Assembly (NCBI RefSeq): GCF_009914755.1
Contig: NC_060947.1
Reading direction: 5' to 3' (one strand)
Length of the DNA: 64,000 nt
From: the human T2T-CHM13v2.0 reference genome, Homo sapiens
In this document: positions 45,797-59,554 of the stretch, in pieces
How the letters are laid out: each line of letters opens with the position of its first letter
How positions within the stretch are numbered: position 1 is the first letter of the stretch
Made by a program: the position numbers and the translations under genes
The notes under the pieces: generated by a model
Databases searched by the model: none
What the model was told of the DNA's origin: nothing
What the model saw: the letters and a program-made list of their open reading frames with translations, nothing else

Positions 45797-46650
45797 CCTT
45801 CGGGGTTCTTAAACTTCATAGTGATGAATTATCTTTGTGTAACTGGATCCCCTAGTTTTGGAGTTTACACCCTTACTAGGATTGGCTATATGCAGATTAA
45901 CTAACCCTAATATGTTAATCCAAATAGCATTAGTACACATGCTGGCTCTGCTTCCCCACCTTTCTGACTGTACAGATATTCACATCAGGCAACCCTACTG
46001 TAAAGGTGCTGATAAGATATGATGGGTCCTCACTGGTAGATAGGCAGTCTTCCTGTCCTGGTGATGATAAAGGCTGCGGTTAGAACTGAGACCTGAGTCA
46101 CAATTCAAGTAATTATTCTGAGTAAAGGAATTAATGGTGGTATTTTCTTTATACTTTTGTTTTCTACATTGAATATGTATTCATTTTTAGTATTAATTTT
46201 ACAATTAGAAAAAGTAATAAAAGTTTTGATGTTTTGAAGGTTTTTTTCTGGTTAATTTCAAGTCTGGGAGCTTCTCTGATGGTTTCCTTTTACCCTTCCC
46301 TGCTCCATACTTATTTAATGTAACCCTTACAGATCTGGTTTCCTGGATTTATTGCTATCTTCCCTATTAAACTCTTGATGTCAGTATGTTTAAATCTCAT
46401 TTCATCTCTGATATGCTTTTTACTTTTACAAGAAAGAAAGAGATTACCACATATGATATAACTTCCAGACGGTTTGTGTTTTCTCCCCCCACATCTTAAC
46501 AGGTTTTCCCATGTTAGTAGATACTGTGAATTTACATAATTAAATTAAGTTAGTTTTGTCTAGATAGTCATGTGATCTTTTTGAATCTCAACCATGCCTG
46601 TGCTTGAAAATTCACAAATGACCTTACCTTTCATTCTCATTTAATTGCAG

Positions 46651-46740
46651 GGAGAGAGAGGGTTTCCAGGTTTGGAAGGACACCCAGGATTGCCTGGATT
46701 TCCAGGTCCAGAAGGGCCTCCGGGGCCTCGGGGACAAAAG
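46651..46740 (+). CDS. COL4A5: COL4A5 exon 3 (90 bp, [30 protein letters not shown])
   Basis: ttaattgcag acceptor, AAG|gtatgt donor, 10 perfect Gly-X-Y triplets. Confidence 0.98.
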
Positions 46741-46944
46741 GTATGTATCATGTTGCCAACCAGTAATGCCAGATGAATTAAGTCATCTTAAATGTGGGAC
46801 TAGGTGTCACATCAACTAAAAAGTTACTGAATTATAGCAAGAAACTAATATGTAAATGAAACAATGGAATGACGGGGAGTCTGTACTTTATTGTATTTTG
46901 TTAAAAAACTAAATATTACTGCCATATTCAGATGCTTTTGGAAG

Positions 46945-49050
46945 ATGCTGTTGATTGTTTGTAGTTATTGGCTGCCTTCACAAAAATTAAGTTCTGTCAA
47001 GAGCTTAGCTGAGCTGGAGAGAGCTGAATTACCAGTTGTTAGAGTAGCTGATTAAGAGAAGAAGCCAAAATGAAAGTAACAGTCAAACCTTTACTCACTT
47101 ACTGCAATATTATAAGCAGAAAGTTAAACTGGAGAAAGTGCTGACTCCCCCACTGTTCTATTTGTCCCCATGGTGCAGCATCAGCAAAGGTCAGATGGAT
47201 CAGCACAGATGTTGGAAATCATTTGACTGCTGAGGGAGCTCAGAACGAAAAGCTCCTGCAGTTGTATGGACCCAGGGGCAGGGTGGGAGAAGGAGAAGAG
47301 CTAGGATGGAAACGTACTGAATCAGAGTGCAGAAAAAGTATTTTTATGGTTTCTTTCTCCTCTCATAAGAAGGTCTCCACCAAAAGAGGCCTTTAAATGC
47401 AGAAATGCAGTTGAGCACAGCCAGCCATGGTAGCCTGAATCTTTGACTGATACTTCAGAGATTGCAGTGCATTAGCTGTGCACCAAGTTTGCTGTGTGGA
47501 GGGTAGCTGTCCCTTATGAGGCCTACCAAGAGGACTTTGGTTGGACCCGAACAGTCATAGGTGTTTAGACAAGAGCCATATTCTCAATTCCATACCTTGA
47601 TTTTTCAGGACCTGAGTGAGAAACATAAGCTGCCCCATCATGGACCTGAATGGGTTGGACTTTAAAGGGCTCTGTCAAAAAACAGGATAATATCTGAGGC
47701 CACAGTAGATTATGGTCATGATCAATCATGTTCTAAGCAGGATGAACAGGCCTGCTTGGAGAACTGAATGTAAGCATGAGCCCCAGCTATTGCCAAGCCA
47801 GTAATAGATGTCCCATAGCCCACTTGATCTACGTTAGAGAGCCAGGAGGCTTTTTTCTTAAGTCTTATGATGGATTGTTCTACTTTGCCAGTTTTCATTG
47901 ATCTAGGTGCAATATGAGGTGCTGGCAATTCCAGAGACCCCTCACAGTTGGCCAGCAGGCAGCTAAGGGCTATATGGTTAGCTAACACTATGTGGGCCAA
48001 GGAGTTGAGGCTAGTCTGTTTTGTTTCCAAAGCTGAAGTAATGTCATTAATGACCTCAGCAAGGGTCAAAGACAGGTTGCGGACAACCTTTTCTAATTGA
48101 GCGATGCTCACAGTGAGAAAAGTTGTCTGGAGTATTCCCATGAGTAGACAGTAGGTAATGCCAGCTGGCAATTCTCCTGAATAACCGGAGTCTATCTAGT
48201 TTTGGAGTTCTCATTTTGTTTTATGTAATGTTATATGCTTAATGGGAGGGACTGTTTTGAATATTTGAGTATCTCTTATCAATGTCCTATTATGTATGTT
48301 ACATTGGTAGGAATGTTGAAAGCCTGATTTTTATAAAAGAAATAATACCCCAAGAAGAGTGCACACAGTTCTGGGAATGTAAGAGTCATTGGTTACCATG
48401 GAGATCAACCAGCCAGAAGTCCCTCCTGGTGAGCAGAGTACTTGAGTGGAATTGAAAAATTTGTGTAAGGTGGAGGCAGAAATAGAGAAATAAATTGCCA
48501 CCACCATCGAGGCCAAAATGGCTCCAATGGCAGATCATATGTCCCTTTTCCCAGATAATTCAATTGCTTCCATATGGGACAGGAGTGAGCTGACATCCCA
48601 GGAGGTATTTTCTTCCTGTGGTATCAGAGTCAATTGTTGCAATCTGTCAGATCCAGTGTAATAAAGTTAGGGTACATGAAGTACTAAAATGGTCCATGTT
48701 TAGAGAAACGTCCATTCGTAATATTCAGCAGCACAGCAATCAGATGTTTATCTGCAGGGTTCAGCGATAGGTGACATATCCATTAGTTTGTCAAAATCAG
48801 AATCTTGTGAACTACCCGGGACAGGCAATCAATGAATTTAGTAAGGTGGAAGTCACAAGGTTAGTCTGTAGGAGAAAGGGAAGAGAGGTTAGATCCCTAC
48901 CTTCCAGCCCCATGGATCAGCCCCATGGATCAGCTCATGGATCTGGAGGTAGTCTCAACCTATCAGTTGTGGGGACTCTGTCTTTTGACTGCCATGTGGG
49001 CAGTCTGTCCTATACCATGAGCAAGAATAGCATCTCAATGTGCATATTAA
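46945..49050 (-). mobile_element. Ancient ERV remnant: decayed env and probable 3' LTR
   Basis: TM-like translation VRNLSLTL...QTSLNSLAHIVLANHIALSCLLA (47722-48171); LTR assignment and boundaries uncertain. Confidence 0.65.
48905..48942. repeat. 13-bp tandem repeat x3
   Basis: cagccccatggat, cagccccatggat, cagctcatggat. Confidence 0.85.
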
Positions 49051-51468
49051 GATATAGAATTGGAAGAGATAATAGTGAACTTAAGACTCAGAGAATTTTC
49101 TGGGTTTTTTTTTTTAATGACTCTTTTGGCTTAGTGCCTTTTTCCATCTGTATTAGGTAGACTGATGAATTGATATATGAAAGGGCTACTTCTCCTCATT
49201 TGCCTGGAAAGGAAAACTGGCTTAAAACCCTTTTTCTTAATTTTATTATTTTATATGATGGTGGTACATCATGTTGTTACAATATTAAGGAAATCAAATG
49301 GATACTCACCAGGTAGTCTTCCAGTAAAGGGAGAAAATTAATTTAAATGCATGAATATTTTTTAACACTTAACTATAATCAGAGCTTAGATTTGGGGAGA
49401 ATGTTGGTCATGATCTCTGGGAAAATAGGATTACATCAGGTAGTTTTGTTAGATTCAAGAGCAGAAGGGACCTGTGCTAAATTTCCCAAGTAGAACTTTA
49501 GTACTTAGAAAACAGCAGGACCCTGAATGTGTGCATACAATTTTGGTGGATGAACTACTCAGCTGAATTTCCTGTGTCTAATGGCACATCAAGAGCAAGA
49601 GCAACAGAATGATTCTTGTGCACCCAGGAGTAGCACAGAAGTATCAGAGATATCTGAAAGAGTCAAGTGGATGGAATTGAGCAGTAACTTGGCAGCAATC
49701 TATGCATACTATTGGCATGGAACAACTCAATGAATACCAGCTTGGACTACACTGTCACACTCCTCAACATATTGGAGCTAGTTAAGTTCTCCAAAACTTA
49801 GACACGATCTTGTGAAAATGAGGTGGCAACTCCAATGGACTGAGATTAAACTTCAGCCATGTTATAGAAATAGGTGTTTTGGAAGAGAAATTAAGTTAAG
49901 CTACAGGAAAAGTTACATTTCTTGTATCTGAGTTTACTTGGGATTAGGGACTGAGTTTCTTGCACCCCATGCTTGCTGAGAGATGGTAGTTTTAATAAAG
50001 ATTTGTATTAAATTAAAATAAGTTACCTAAATTAGAATTCCTTTGAAATAATTTAGTATTAACTAGGACTATTCTACAATAACATGATCATTTATAAAGG
50101 TGTGCTTGTATGCAGGTTAAGTTTAGAAAGCAGTCCAATCTTTTTTTGTGATTTCATTTCAGTTATCTAAAAAGAGAGAAGGTAAACTGCTTTCTAAACT
50201 TTCAGGATTCTGAATTTGAAGCATTGTGTACTTCTGCATCCAGTATGACTCCATGTTTCCCCAAATGGCTGAATTTATACCTTTTATGTGATTGGGTATT
50301 CTGGTACATGTGTATGTTAACATATATACTAAGTCAAAAAACTTGTAGGAGTATTCTTTAATATGCACACTCGCAATTTTCCAAAGGTTTTTTATTCTAA
50401 AAAATCAAATTTAGTTAATTTTGATAGGCAGTACGTTCATGTCACTCAAGTTAAGAGGGTATACAATGAAAGATCTCCTTCTCACCTGTGTCCATTAGTC
50501 CCTGAGTTACCCACACACACTTTAACCACCTTTGTTTGTAAAATAGTAGCACATTAAACACACTGTTTGACCTTTGTTTTTAATTTAATATACATTGTAG
50601 ACATCCTATTATCAATATATACAGAACCTCCTCATTTTGTATAACTGCATTGTATTTCATTGTATATATGAACCATAACTTAACATTGTATGTATAAACC
50701 ATAAATTATTAAGCCAGTCCCCTATTGATGATTATTTAGGTAGGTTTCAATTTTTTGCTATTAAAAGTTCCTTTTTCTTGGAGCAGAATTAGGTTTTTTA
50801 ATTCTATTTTTTTAAAGAAAATAGTTAACGAAAACTCAGTGAGGTAAGACTAAATTCTCAGCAATGCGGTTGTGACTAGAAATGGGTACATATGTTAACA
50901 TACACACATGGGTAGGTTCTTTTGCATGGAACTGACAGCTAGGAAGGAAAGTTTATGGTTCTTTTTAAATCGTTCTTACGCTCTGCCAATACAAAGTGCA
51001 TTATAAAACAAAGCAGAGGTTTGAAAACAGCAAATTCAAGAACAGCACATATTTAGGCTCAGAGATGATGCTCATTATACCAGCATGGCAAGCAGATTAA
51101 CATAATATGGGAACTGCCCAGATTTTCAGCTCCTATTTTGTTTACGAATAAATTATTTGGGGAATGACTATATCAATATTTTATCTTTGTTTTCTTGTAT
51201 GATTCATAATTAACTGTACAGGTATAGAGTTTGATTCATATGTCAGCGATTTCCTTCTCAGGAAATAAAGGCCTTTCTTATTTTGGGTCATACAATTTAC
51301 CTCAGTGCTTTCAGTCTCAATAATAAATGCTTCTTCCTTGGGTGTATAAGTTTTTCACTAACTTTCACAGATGTTTACAGTAGTTTAAATCTCCTATTTT
51401 ATAATTGAAAATGAGTTATTTGAGGACTTTTTTGACGGACAAAAACCTAAAAATATTGCATTTTTCAG

Positions 51469-51513
51469 GGTGATGATGGAATTCCAGGGCCACCAGGACC
51501 AAAAGGAATCAGA
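51469..51513 (+). CDS. COL4A5: COL4A5 exon 4 (45 bp, GDDGIPGPPGPKGIR)
   Basis: tttttcag acceptor, AGA|gtaagt donor, 5 Gly-X-Y triplets. Confidence 0.97.
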
Positions 51514-54097
51514 GTAAGTAGTATTTTCTCTATATCAAATACTTTGTTGGTGGAAACAGATAGAGAACAAATGAAGTATTATGAGACAATTGGAAAAGAC
51601 CCATATTAAAAGCCAAGAAGATAAATACAGTCTTCAAAAAGTTAAATTTAAGAGTTGGTATATGTCTATAACTAGCACTTCTTTAGTATTTTGATAGCTA
51701 TTACATATATTTTTATATATATGTCTATTTAATATAAAAGGATTTTAAAGTAGCTTATGGTTGAGAATTATGAAAGTCCTAAATTCTAAAGTTTGTCATT
51801 TAATTAAAAATCTATATCATATAGTTGGTTTAAACCAGAACTTCCTAACCAGTGTGATTATCTCAGCCTAGGTCCAGAAGGCTGGTTACCTCAGGCTGTG
51901 TATCCTCCTAGTGTACCATGTATAAACATTATCATTTTTTTGTGTATCTAGAAGAGAATAAGTTTAGTTTAAACCACTGTATTAAAGAATAACTATTTTT
52001 GGAATACTGCATTTCTTCAAATCTAACGTGCATGACTTTTCAAGTCTTGAGGCTCTGAAAAATAAGGATGCATCTCAAAATTGAAATGTACATTTAGTAT
52101 AATTTTTTCTCAAAAGCTTTTAAGTTGACATATGTCTTACAGTGTATTTTACAACTGAGAGGAAACTGTAGTTTAAAAAATAGTACTGGCTTTTAAAAAA
52201 TCACATTTAGCTTTCTGACCCTCAGTTTCTTCATTTGTTAACTTAAGAGAGCTAAAGAGAACAATCTCCAAGGTCCCTTTTAGCTCTGAAATACTGTGTT
52301 CATAGATTGATGAAGCTCTCTAATTTGAAAATAAAATATATAGTTGGTGACATAGCATGTTTACGTGTGTGACAAAGATAACCATTTGATCATCAGAAAT
52401 TTAGTAGATGCATAATTTTACAAACATTAAAAACATTCTGTTTGCTATATACTTCTTAACATCATGTAGCTTGCCTTATGTGCATCTTGTGACTGATACG
52501 GATAGGGTACTGGAGAAGCAGGGAAGAAACTTAAAACCCTTAGTTTATTTCAGCAGACATAATTCTTTATTTTTCTGTTAAAAATTGATATCAATATACT
52601 ATTAAAGCTCTTTATAATAATAAAAATAATTTTTAATATCCCTATAGTTAACATTAACTATATTCTATATTCTAAGCACTATTGAGACTAAAAAGAATTG
52701 GCTATTTTCTCAGTTTCCATTGCAGGTGTTTGAGATTGCTTGGATACTCCATGTCCCTCAACTAGAACTCCAAGAGTGCTTGGGAATAGGTGGCCTGATA
52801 GTTTCTGCATCCTCAGGTGTCAGCTCACAGGCAATTCTTGACACGCAGAATTTTGAAGACATTATTGTGGAAACTGATAAATGTATACAAATGTACAGAG
52901 CATATAGTATAATGAACCCCCATGAACCCATCACCCAGCTTCAAAAATGAACAACATTTTGATAGTTTTGTTTAACATATACCTTACCACTTTATTTTTT
53001 GAAGTATTTTAAAGTAAATCCCTCACATCATTCATTCTACCAATGAAAACTTCAGCATGTCCCTCTAACAACCACGTAACAACTAAACCATCATCATACC
53101 TTTAAACATTAGGAATAGTTTTTCAGTACTCTGACGTTCAGTCCACATTGAGTTTTCCTCAGTTGTCTGAAAGATGTCCTTTTACAATGGTTTATTCAAT
53201 TTACAACCCAAGCAAGTTCCACGTATTGCTTTGGGTTGCTGTTTATTAAGCTTGTTTTACTATGCCATCAGAAAAACTGGGTCATTGTACTGCATTCCAC
53301 ATTCTGAATTTGGCTGATTTGTTTCCTCATGATGTCATTTAAATTGTTCCTCTGTCCCCCATATTTCTTGCAAATTTCACGTTGCCTTGGAAGAGGCACT
53401 AAAGAACTTTCTGGGGGTACAGAACTGTACGCTTAAGATTAGTATATTTTGCTGTGCATAAATCATACTGCAATAACATTAAAGAAAATAGGAAAAAGTA
53501 TACTTTATAGGTAGTGTTGTGAACTTAACTATTGAATAACATTATGCAGCATGAATATCAGGCTATTCTTCTTTTTTTTTTTTTTTTTTGATGTTAGGTT
53601 TGATCAGTAGTCTCAGATAACATTAGCCTGATTCTGCCATCAAAAATTTCCCTGTCAACTTTGACTAATGATTTGGCACCCATGGATGGTCATTATTTTG
53701 CTCAGACTTGCAAGATGCTGATTTTTAAAATTCTATTAATCATTCATTTATTAGCTGGAATTCTAATAGGACAATGAGTTGCTACACCAGAAACTTCAAG
53801 TGGTCATCAAGGAAAATTCTTCAACTTTTTTTTTTTTTCATTATATGCACATGGAATTTGTGTGTTTCAATCAATTTTAGTCATTTTTTTGAAGGCCAAT
53901 TTGTCCCATCTTTTGCCTGTGAAAGCCTTTTAAAGTTGACTCCTGTCCTGTGCTCTTTTCAGAAAACTCCATTGATCTTTCATAACTTCTCCCTTTTTGA
54001 CACAACAAGCTCTTTCATGCTCATCCTTGGCATTTCCCCTTTAGATCTGAAATGGGACATATCTCTGATTCCAGGTTCTTTTTAGTGAAAAATGTGA

Positions 54098-54401
<304 letters not shown>

Positions 54402-55142
54402 AGCGGTTTTTATTGCTACTCGATTTGTCACTGTTTCAATGTCTTCTCAGTGGAAATATGTATTTTTAAGAGAAAAATTAACATGAGTTCATATTATTGC
54501 TTCCAATTGCAATTTAAAATTAAGAAAGGTTTTGTATACTTATTATCTCTTCCCCTCATCTCTCTCTCTATTGAGGTGAAAATGTTCATTCCTAATATCA
54601 TAAATGTAATTTCTTATTTGCTTTTTCCTACAATATGCCTATTTCCTACAATATGCTTTAAAATAACAATGTATAACTTAACAAAATAAAAATTTAAATT
54701 TTAATAGTGATGATAGGATAATAGGATTCTTGAAAACCATTAATTATTTCTTTGTTGAGTTTTCCCCCTTTGAATTGACCAGTTTTGCTAAAGAATTAGA
54801 GTTAAGATACCATGTTTGATGAAAGGCACTTGAAGTAATTCTTTTCTCTGTATGGTTTTGTCAACAACTTGAAACAGACGTACACTGGATCCAATTTATT
54901 TTTCATTTTTAATGATTTCCTTTTTACCTTTTTTAAAATTTTAAATTATTTAAAACATCTACGTGGTTTTATAAGACAAGGTGTAGTCAGAGATGCTTCT
55001 CTTTCATTCTTGCCATTTCCCTAGTGTTTTAATCTTCCTCTGAGAGGTAATCATTAGTTTTTACATAGTAATCATAGTTTTACATTATGTGAATGTGCCA
55101 TAATTTATTTAGTCATGTTCCTATTGGTGGTCATTTGAGTTG

Positions 55143-55509
55143 TGTATTAGTCTGTTCTCACACTGCTTATAAAGACATACCCAAGACTAGGTAATTTATA
55201 AAGGAAAGAGGTTTAATGGAGTCACAGTTCCACATGGCTCCGGAGGCCTCACAATCATGGCAGAAGATGAAGGAAGAGCAAAGGGACATCATACATGGCA
55301 GCAGACAAGAGAAAATGAGAGCCAAGCGAAAGGGGAAACACCTTATAAAACCATCAGATTTCGTGAGACTTACTATCACAAGAACAGTATGGGGGAAACC
55401 ACCCCCATGATTCAATTATCTCCCACCGGGTCCCTCCCACAACACGTGGGAATTATGGGAGCTACAATTCAAGATAAGATTTGGGTGAGGACACAGCAAA
55501 ACCATATCA
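55143..55509 (-). mobile_element. THE1-family MaLR solo LTR with 5-bp TSD
   Basis: tgtattagtctgttctcac...aaaccatatca; TSD agttg at 55138-55142 and 55510-55514. Confidence 0.93.
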
Positions 55510-56215
55510 AGTTGTTTCTAATTTTAACTATAACTGGTTACATGGTTGTTTCTAAACTTTAGCTATAATAATGCTGCAATTGTTAACTTTGTTTCTCATA
55601 TTTTGTTTCATAATTTCTAGGGTATCTTCAGGACAGATTCTTAGAAGTGAAATGCTAGGTCAAAGGGCAAATGCATGGGTAATTTTGCTAGATATTTTCA
55701 AATTTCTCTCCATAGAGTTTGAATCTTCATTAGCAGTATATGAGAATACTTTTTCACCATAGTCTCACCTACAGAGAATATTGTCAAACTTGTATTTTTG
55801 CCAATCATGACAGAGAAATTTAAGAATTTTGGGGGTGATCACTATTAATGTCTTCAGTGGAAATATATTTGCCACTCCCCCATCCCCTGCTGAATTAATT
55901 TTTCATCACAAACCTGGGAGATCCTTATCCATTAGAAGAGACATTTCATCCACGAATTTGCCTGCTCCTAATAAGTGCAATGAAGACAATGCTCCCTCAA
56001 ATTGAAGTTTCTTTTATAGTTTTCAATAAAAGAGACTTTTAAACACATGTAAGAGATTTTTCTCTAATGTTTCAAAGAACAATGAGTAGTAATAAATAGT
56101 GAGACACAATTTTTCCAAATCTATTCTAAAATAATTTTCATAATATCCTTAGGTAGGATATTATTTTATTTTTATGGGTTGTCATTTAGTTTAAGGATTT
56201 TATTTCTTCTTATAG

Positions 56216-56260
56216 GGTCCTCCTGGACTTCCTGGATTTCCAGGGACACCAGGTCTTCCT
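56216..56260 (+). CDS. COL4A5: COL4A5 exon 5 (45 bp, [15 protein letters not shown])
   Basis: ttcttcttatag acceptor, CCT|gtaagt donor, 5 Gly-X-Y triplets. Confidence 0.97.
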
Positions 56261-56288
56261 GTAAGTAGCATTTCACTTTTTACTTTGA

Positions 56289-56453
<165 letters not shown>

Positions 56454-57231
56454 TAACTTAAAAACCTAAAGAAATCAATATGAAGAATGTAGAAGAAGGG
56501 ATATAGTGTCTTCAGGTCTTGGCTATTACATAAAGTATGCTCTGACTATAATTTTCTATATATTGAACTATCAATAATTTCATTAAACATGTATAATTAG
56601 CTGGGATATTGCATTGGGTTAAAGATTACTTACCAAACCCTTTTTTGACTTTAGCATAAAGTAGGATGAGAATTAAAACGAAATTAGGATATATATGTTT
56701 CAAATATTATATCAATTGTTGAAAGTAATACTTCTGAATGTCATTCATTTGCTTTGCCATTATTAAAAAACTAGGTACAATTTATGTTTTCAAATATTTC
56801 ATGTTTTTAAGATTTTTTAACACGCCGAATAACTTCCTTAAGAAAAATCTTAAAAAATTATATGTAATACAGCACATCCGTTTTTACTATAAACTGTCAG
56901 TATGAAACCTGAAACTTCTTCATCAGCAAAGATGATACATTTAACAATTTTAAATAACCCTAACTTTAGATATAGCAAACATTTTTTTTTCTGATCCAAT
57001 GTTTCTTCTCTTTAGTCAACTGTTGGATTGAATATAAAGTAATAGATAATAAGAAAAAATGAGGAAAATTTGCTCTGCTTGTAAGCTTACAATATTATAG
57101 CCAATTCTTATTCCCTCCCCTTTCTCCTTTTCCTTTAGGTTAATGCAATATATTGTTATTCTCTGTATTTTCTTTTGGTATTTTCTGTTTTTCACATAAT
57201 ATTCTGTAAAACTATTCATAAAATACCTTAG

Positions 57232-57566
<335 letters not shown>

Positions 57567-58235
57567 AGATCTTTCTAACTAATGGCATATGTCAGATTTT
57601 ATATAGGGCATATTTTTAAAATAACTTGAACAACTATTTTGCATTACAGTGGCCATATTTTGTGATAATTACTGTACTCTATACTTGAGGCAGTACAGTT
57701 CTTTTCATCTCCAGTATTTCTTCAGGTCAATGTAACCCTTGTCAATAATAATAATTTTTAAAAAAAATTTTGGATTCATGAGGACTAATCGTGTTCTTCA
57801 TTTTAGCTAGGGCAACCTTAAAGTGATAAGACCAATGTGGAGTTGGTTTGCCTGATACATTTCATGTTAAATTGGACTAAATTTTTGTGCCTCTTCTGGT
57901 TATTTGTTTATTTTTATTTACTTATTTATTTTTGCCAGTGTGCTTTAAGAAACAAACAGACCACTAACCAAAGTTTCAAATTTGAAGGGCCAATGTATCT
58001 ATAATCAGTACAGTGTGCTATATGATTAAAGGGAGCATTGATTAACTTGTGTTTCAGGCTTCCAATTATGTGAGTAACAAATTTTAAACAAATTAAATTG
58101 ATTTATTATGCATATTTTTAAAGTCTGAATGCTTTTCTTATATTTCTTACTATGTAAGTAAAAGAATGAACTTTAAAGTTGGAGCCACAATGTATAGGTT
58201 TTTTTCTTTTTCTGTCTTTTAAACTTGATGTCTAG

Positions 58236-58382
58236 GCCACTTCCTTTCTCTCGGGACCTACTTTTTCCATGTGTAACAAGGTGGAGAGAAGGGTATTGGA
58301 CTCACAAAGACACACAACAGTAGTAATTTTATTCTTTCAAACCTTCTGATGAAGTTGTTTCTAGGATTACCGTGGCATACAG
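58236..58382 (+). other. 147-nt cryptic (pseudo)exon in COL4A5 intron 6
   Basis: Pyrimidine tract plus gtctag acceptor, CAG|gtattt donor, in-frame stops from 58347. Confidence 0.75.
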
Positions 58383-58999
58383 GTATTTGAAAGGAGGTTG
58401 CTTTGGTGTTCTTCTACAGCAATTTCAGCTTTTGTTTTCTAAACCAAGTGTCCATATTAGTACTTTACAGTAGTGAGTGAGAAAAGCTGGGTGCCTAGAA
58501 AACATAATGACCTGCAATTGCTAGAACTATTGCTATTATTGTCCTCTTGGTGATATTAATGGCCTTCTTTCTTACCATCTTTTCCCCTTTACAAAAATAA
58601 TTTGAAATAGTTTACAATAAAAGAAAAATGCAACAGAGCAGTTAAAATAAGAATCTATATAACACATGGGCAGGAAATGGGGCAGATCATTAACTATTAA
58701 ATGTGATGATAGAATTTATGGCGTGATCGTCTCAAAATGTCTTTGTTGGAAGAAAAGAACTGAGGTAGATAATTTTTTTTCTTTACTTCTAATTGGGATA
58801 GATGAATTGGGATAAAAGTTGAATTGATATGGATAGTTGATATTGAAGTAATTGGAAAGTGAAGGCTAATGAACTTTTTGGCAATCTGGCATGTTTCAAA
58901 ATGGCTTTTATAGAAATCTTTTCAAGAAGTCATATCTTGATGGTATAGTTATTCTTTGTTTCTTGTTCCTCCATGCTCTTTATTTTTAACTCCTTCTAG

Positions 59000-59053
59000 G
59001 GAGAACGTGGATTTCCAGGCAGTCCCGGTTTTCCTGGTTTACAGGGTCCTCCA
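59000..59053 (+). CDS. COL4A5: COL4A5 exon 7 (54 bp, GERGFPGSPGFPGLQGPP)
   Basis: ctccttctag acceptor, CCA|gtaagt donor, 6 Gly-X-Y triplets. Confidence 0.97.
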
Positions 59054-59397
59054 GTAAGTTATAAAATTTGGGATTATGATGAACACAGGAATTAACAAAA
59101 GAAGCAGAAATGTAGTGAGAGAGCCCAATGCATTCATGTGGAACAAAGTAATACATTTTAAAGTAATAAACTAGAGGAAAATGTTTCAAAAAGAAGTTGG
59201 TAATATAGCTTTCTCCTGGGCAAAAGCAAGGATTTTGTATGTATATAAATGTCACCTCTAAGTATCCTAAGGTATATCCTATTCAGAAATGACGCTACAG
59301 CAGTCTACTCATTTTATACTCTATTTAGAAAGCATTCTGTAATTGGCGTGTTTCTCTCTCATACATATAAAATAATCCCTTTTCTTTTTAATAATAG

Positions 59398-59424
59398 GGA
59401 CCCCCTGGGATCCCAGGTATGAAG
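59398..59424 (+). CDS. COL4A5: COL4A5 exon 8 (27 bp micro-exon, GPPGIPGMK)
   Basis: ttttctttttaataatag acceptor, AAG|gtaagc donor, 3 Gly-X-Y triplets. Confidence 0.95.
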
Positions 59425-59554
59425 GTAAGCATCTCATTCTGGGGAACAAATGTTTTGAATAAAATATTAGGAAAGCTGGCAACTTCAATAGGATAATGAC
59501 TCAAACTTCTGTCTTAAAATCGATGTTTCTAGAAGTTGTGCAGGTGTAAACTTA

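Noticed and set aside
49470-49870. Coding-like composition patch
   Set aside because: No sustained frame or recognisable motif; may be an ancient repeat I cannot identify
52726-52850. Good-looking acceptor (tttccattgcag) in intron 4
   Set aside because: No strong downstream donor and no Gly-X-Y content; such sites are common by chance
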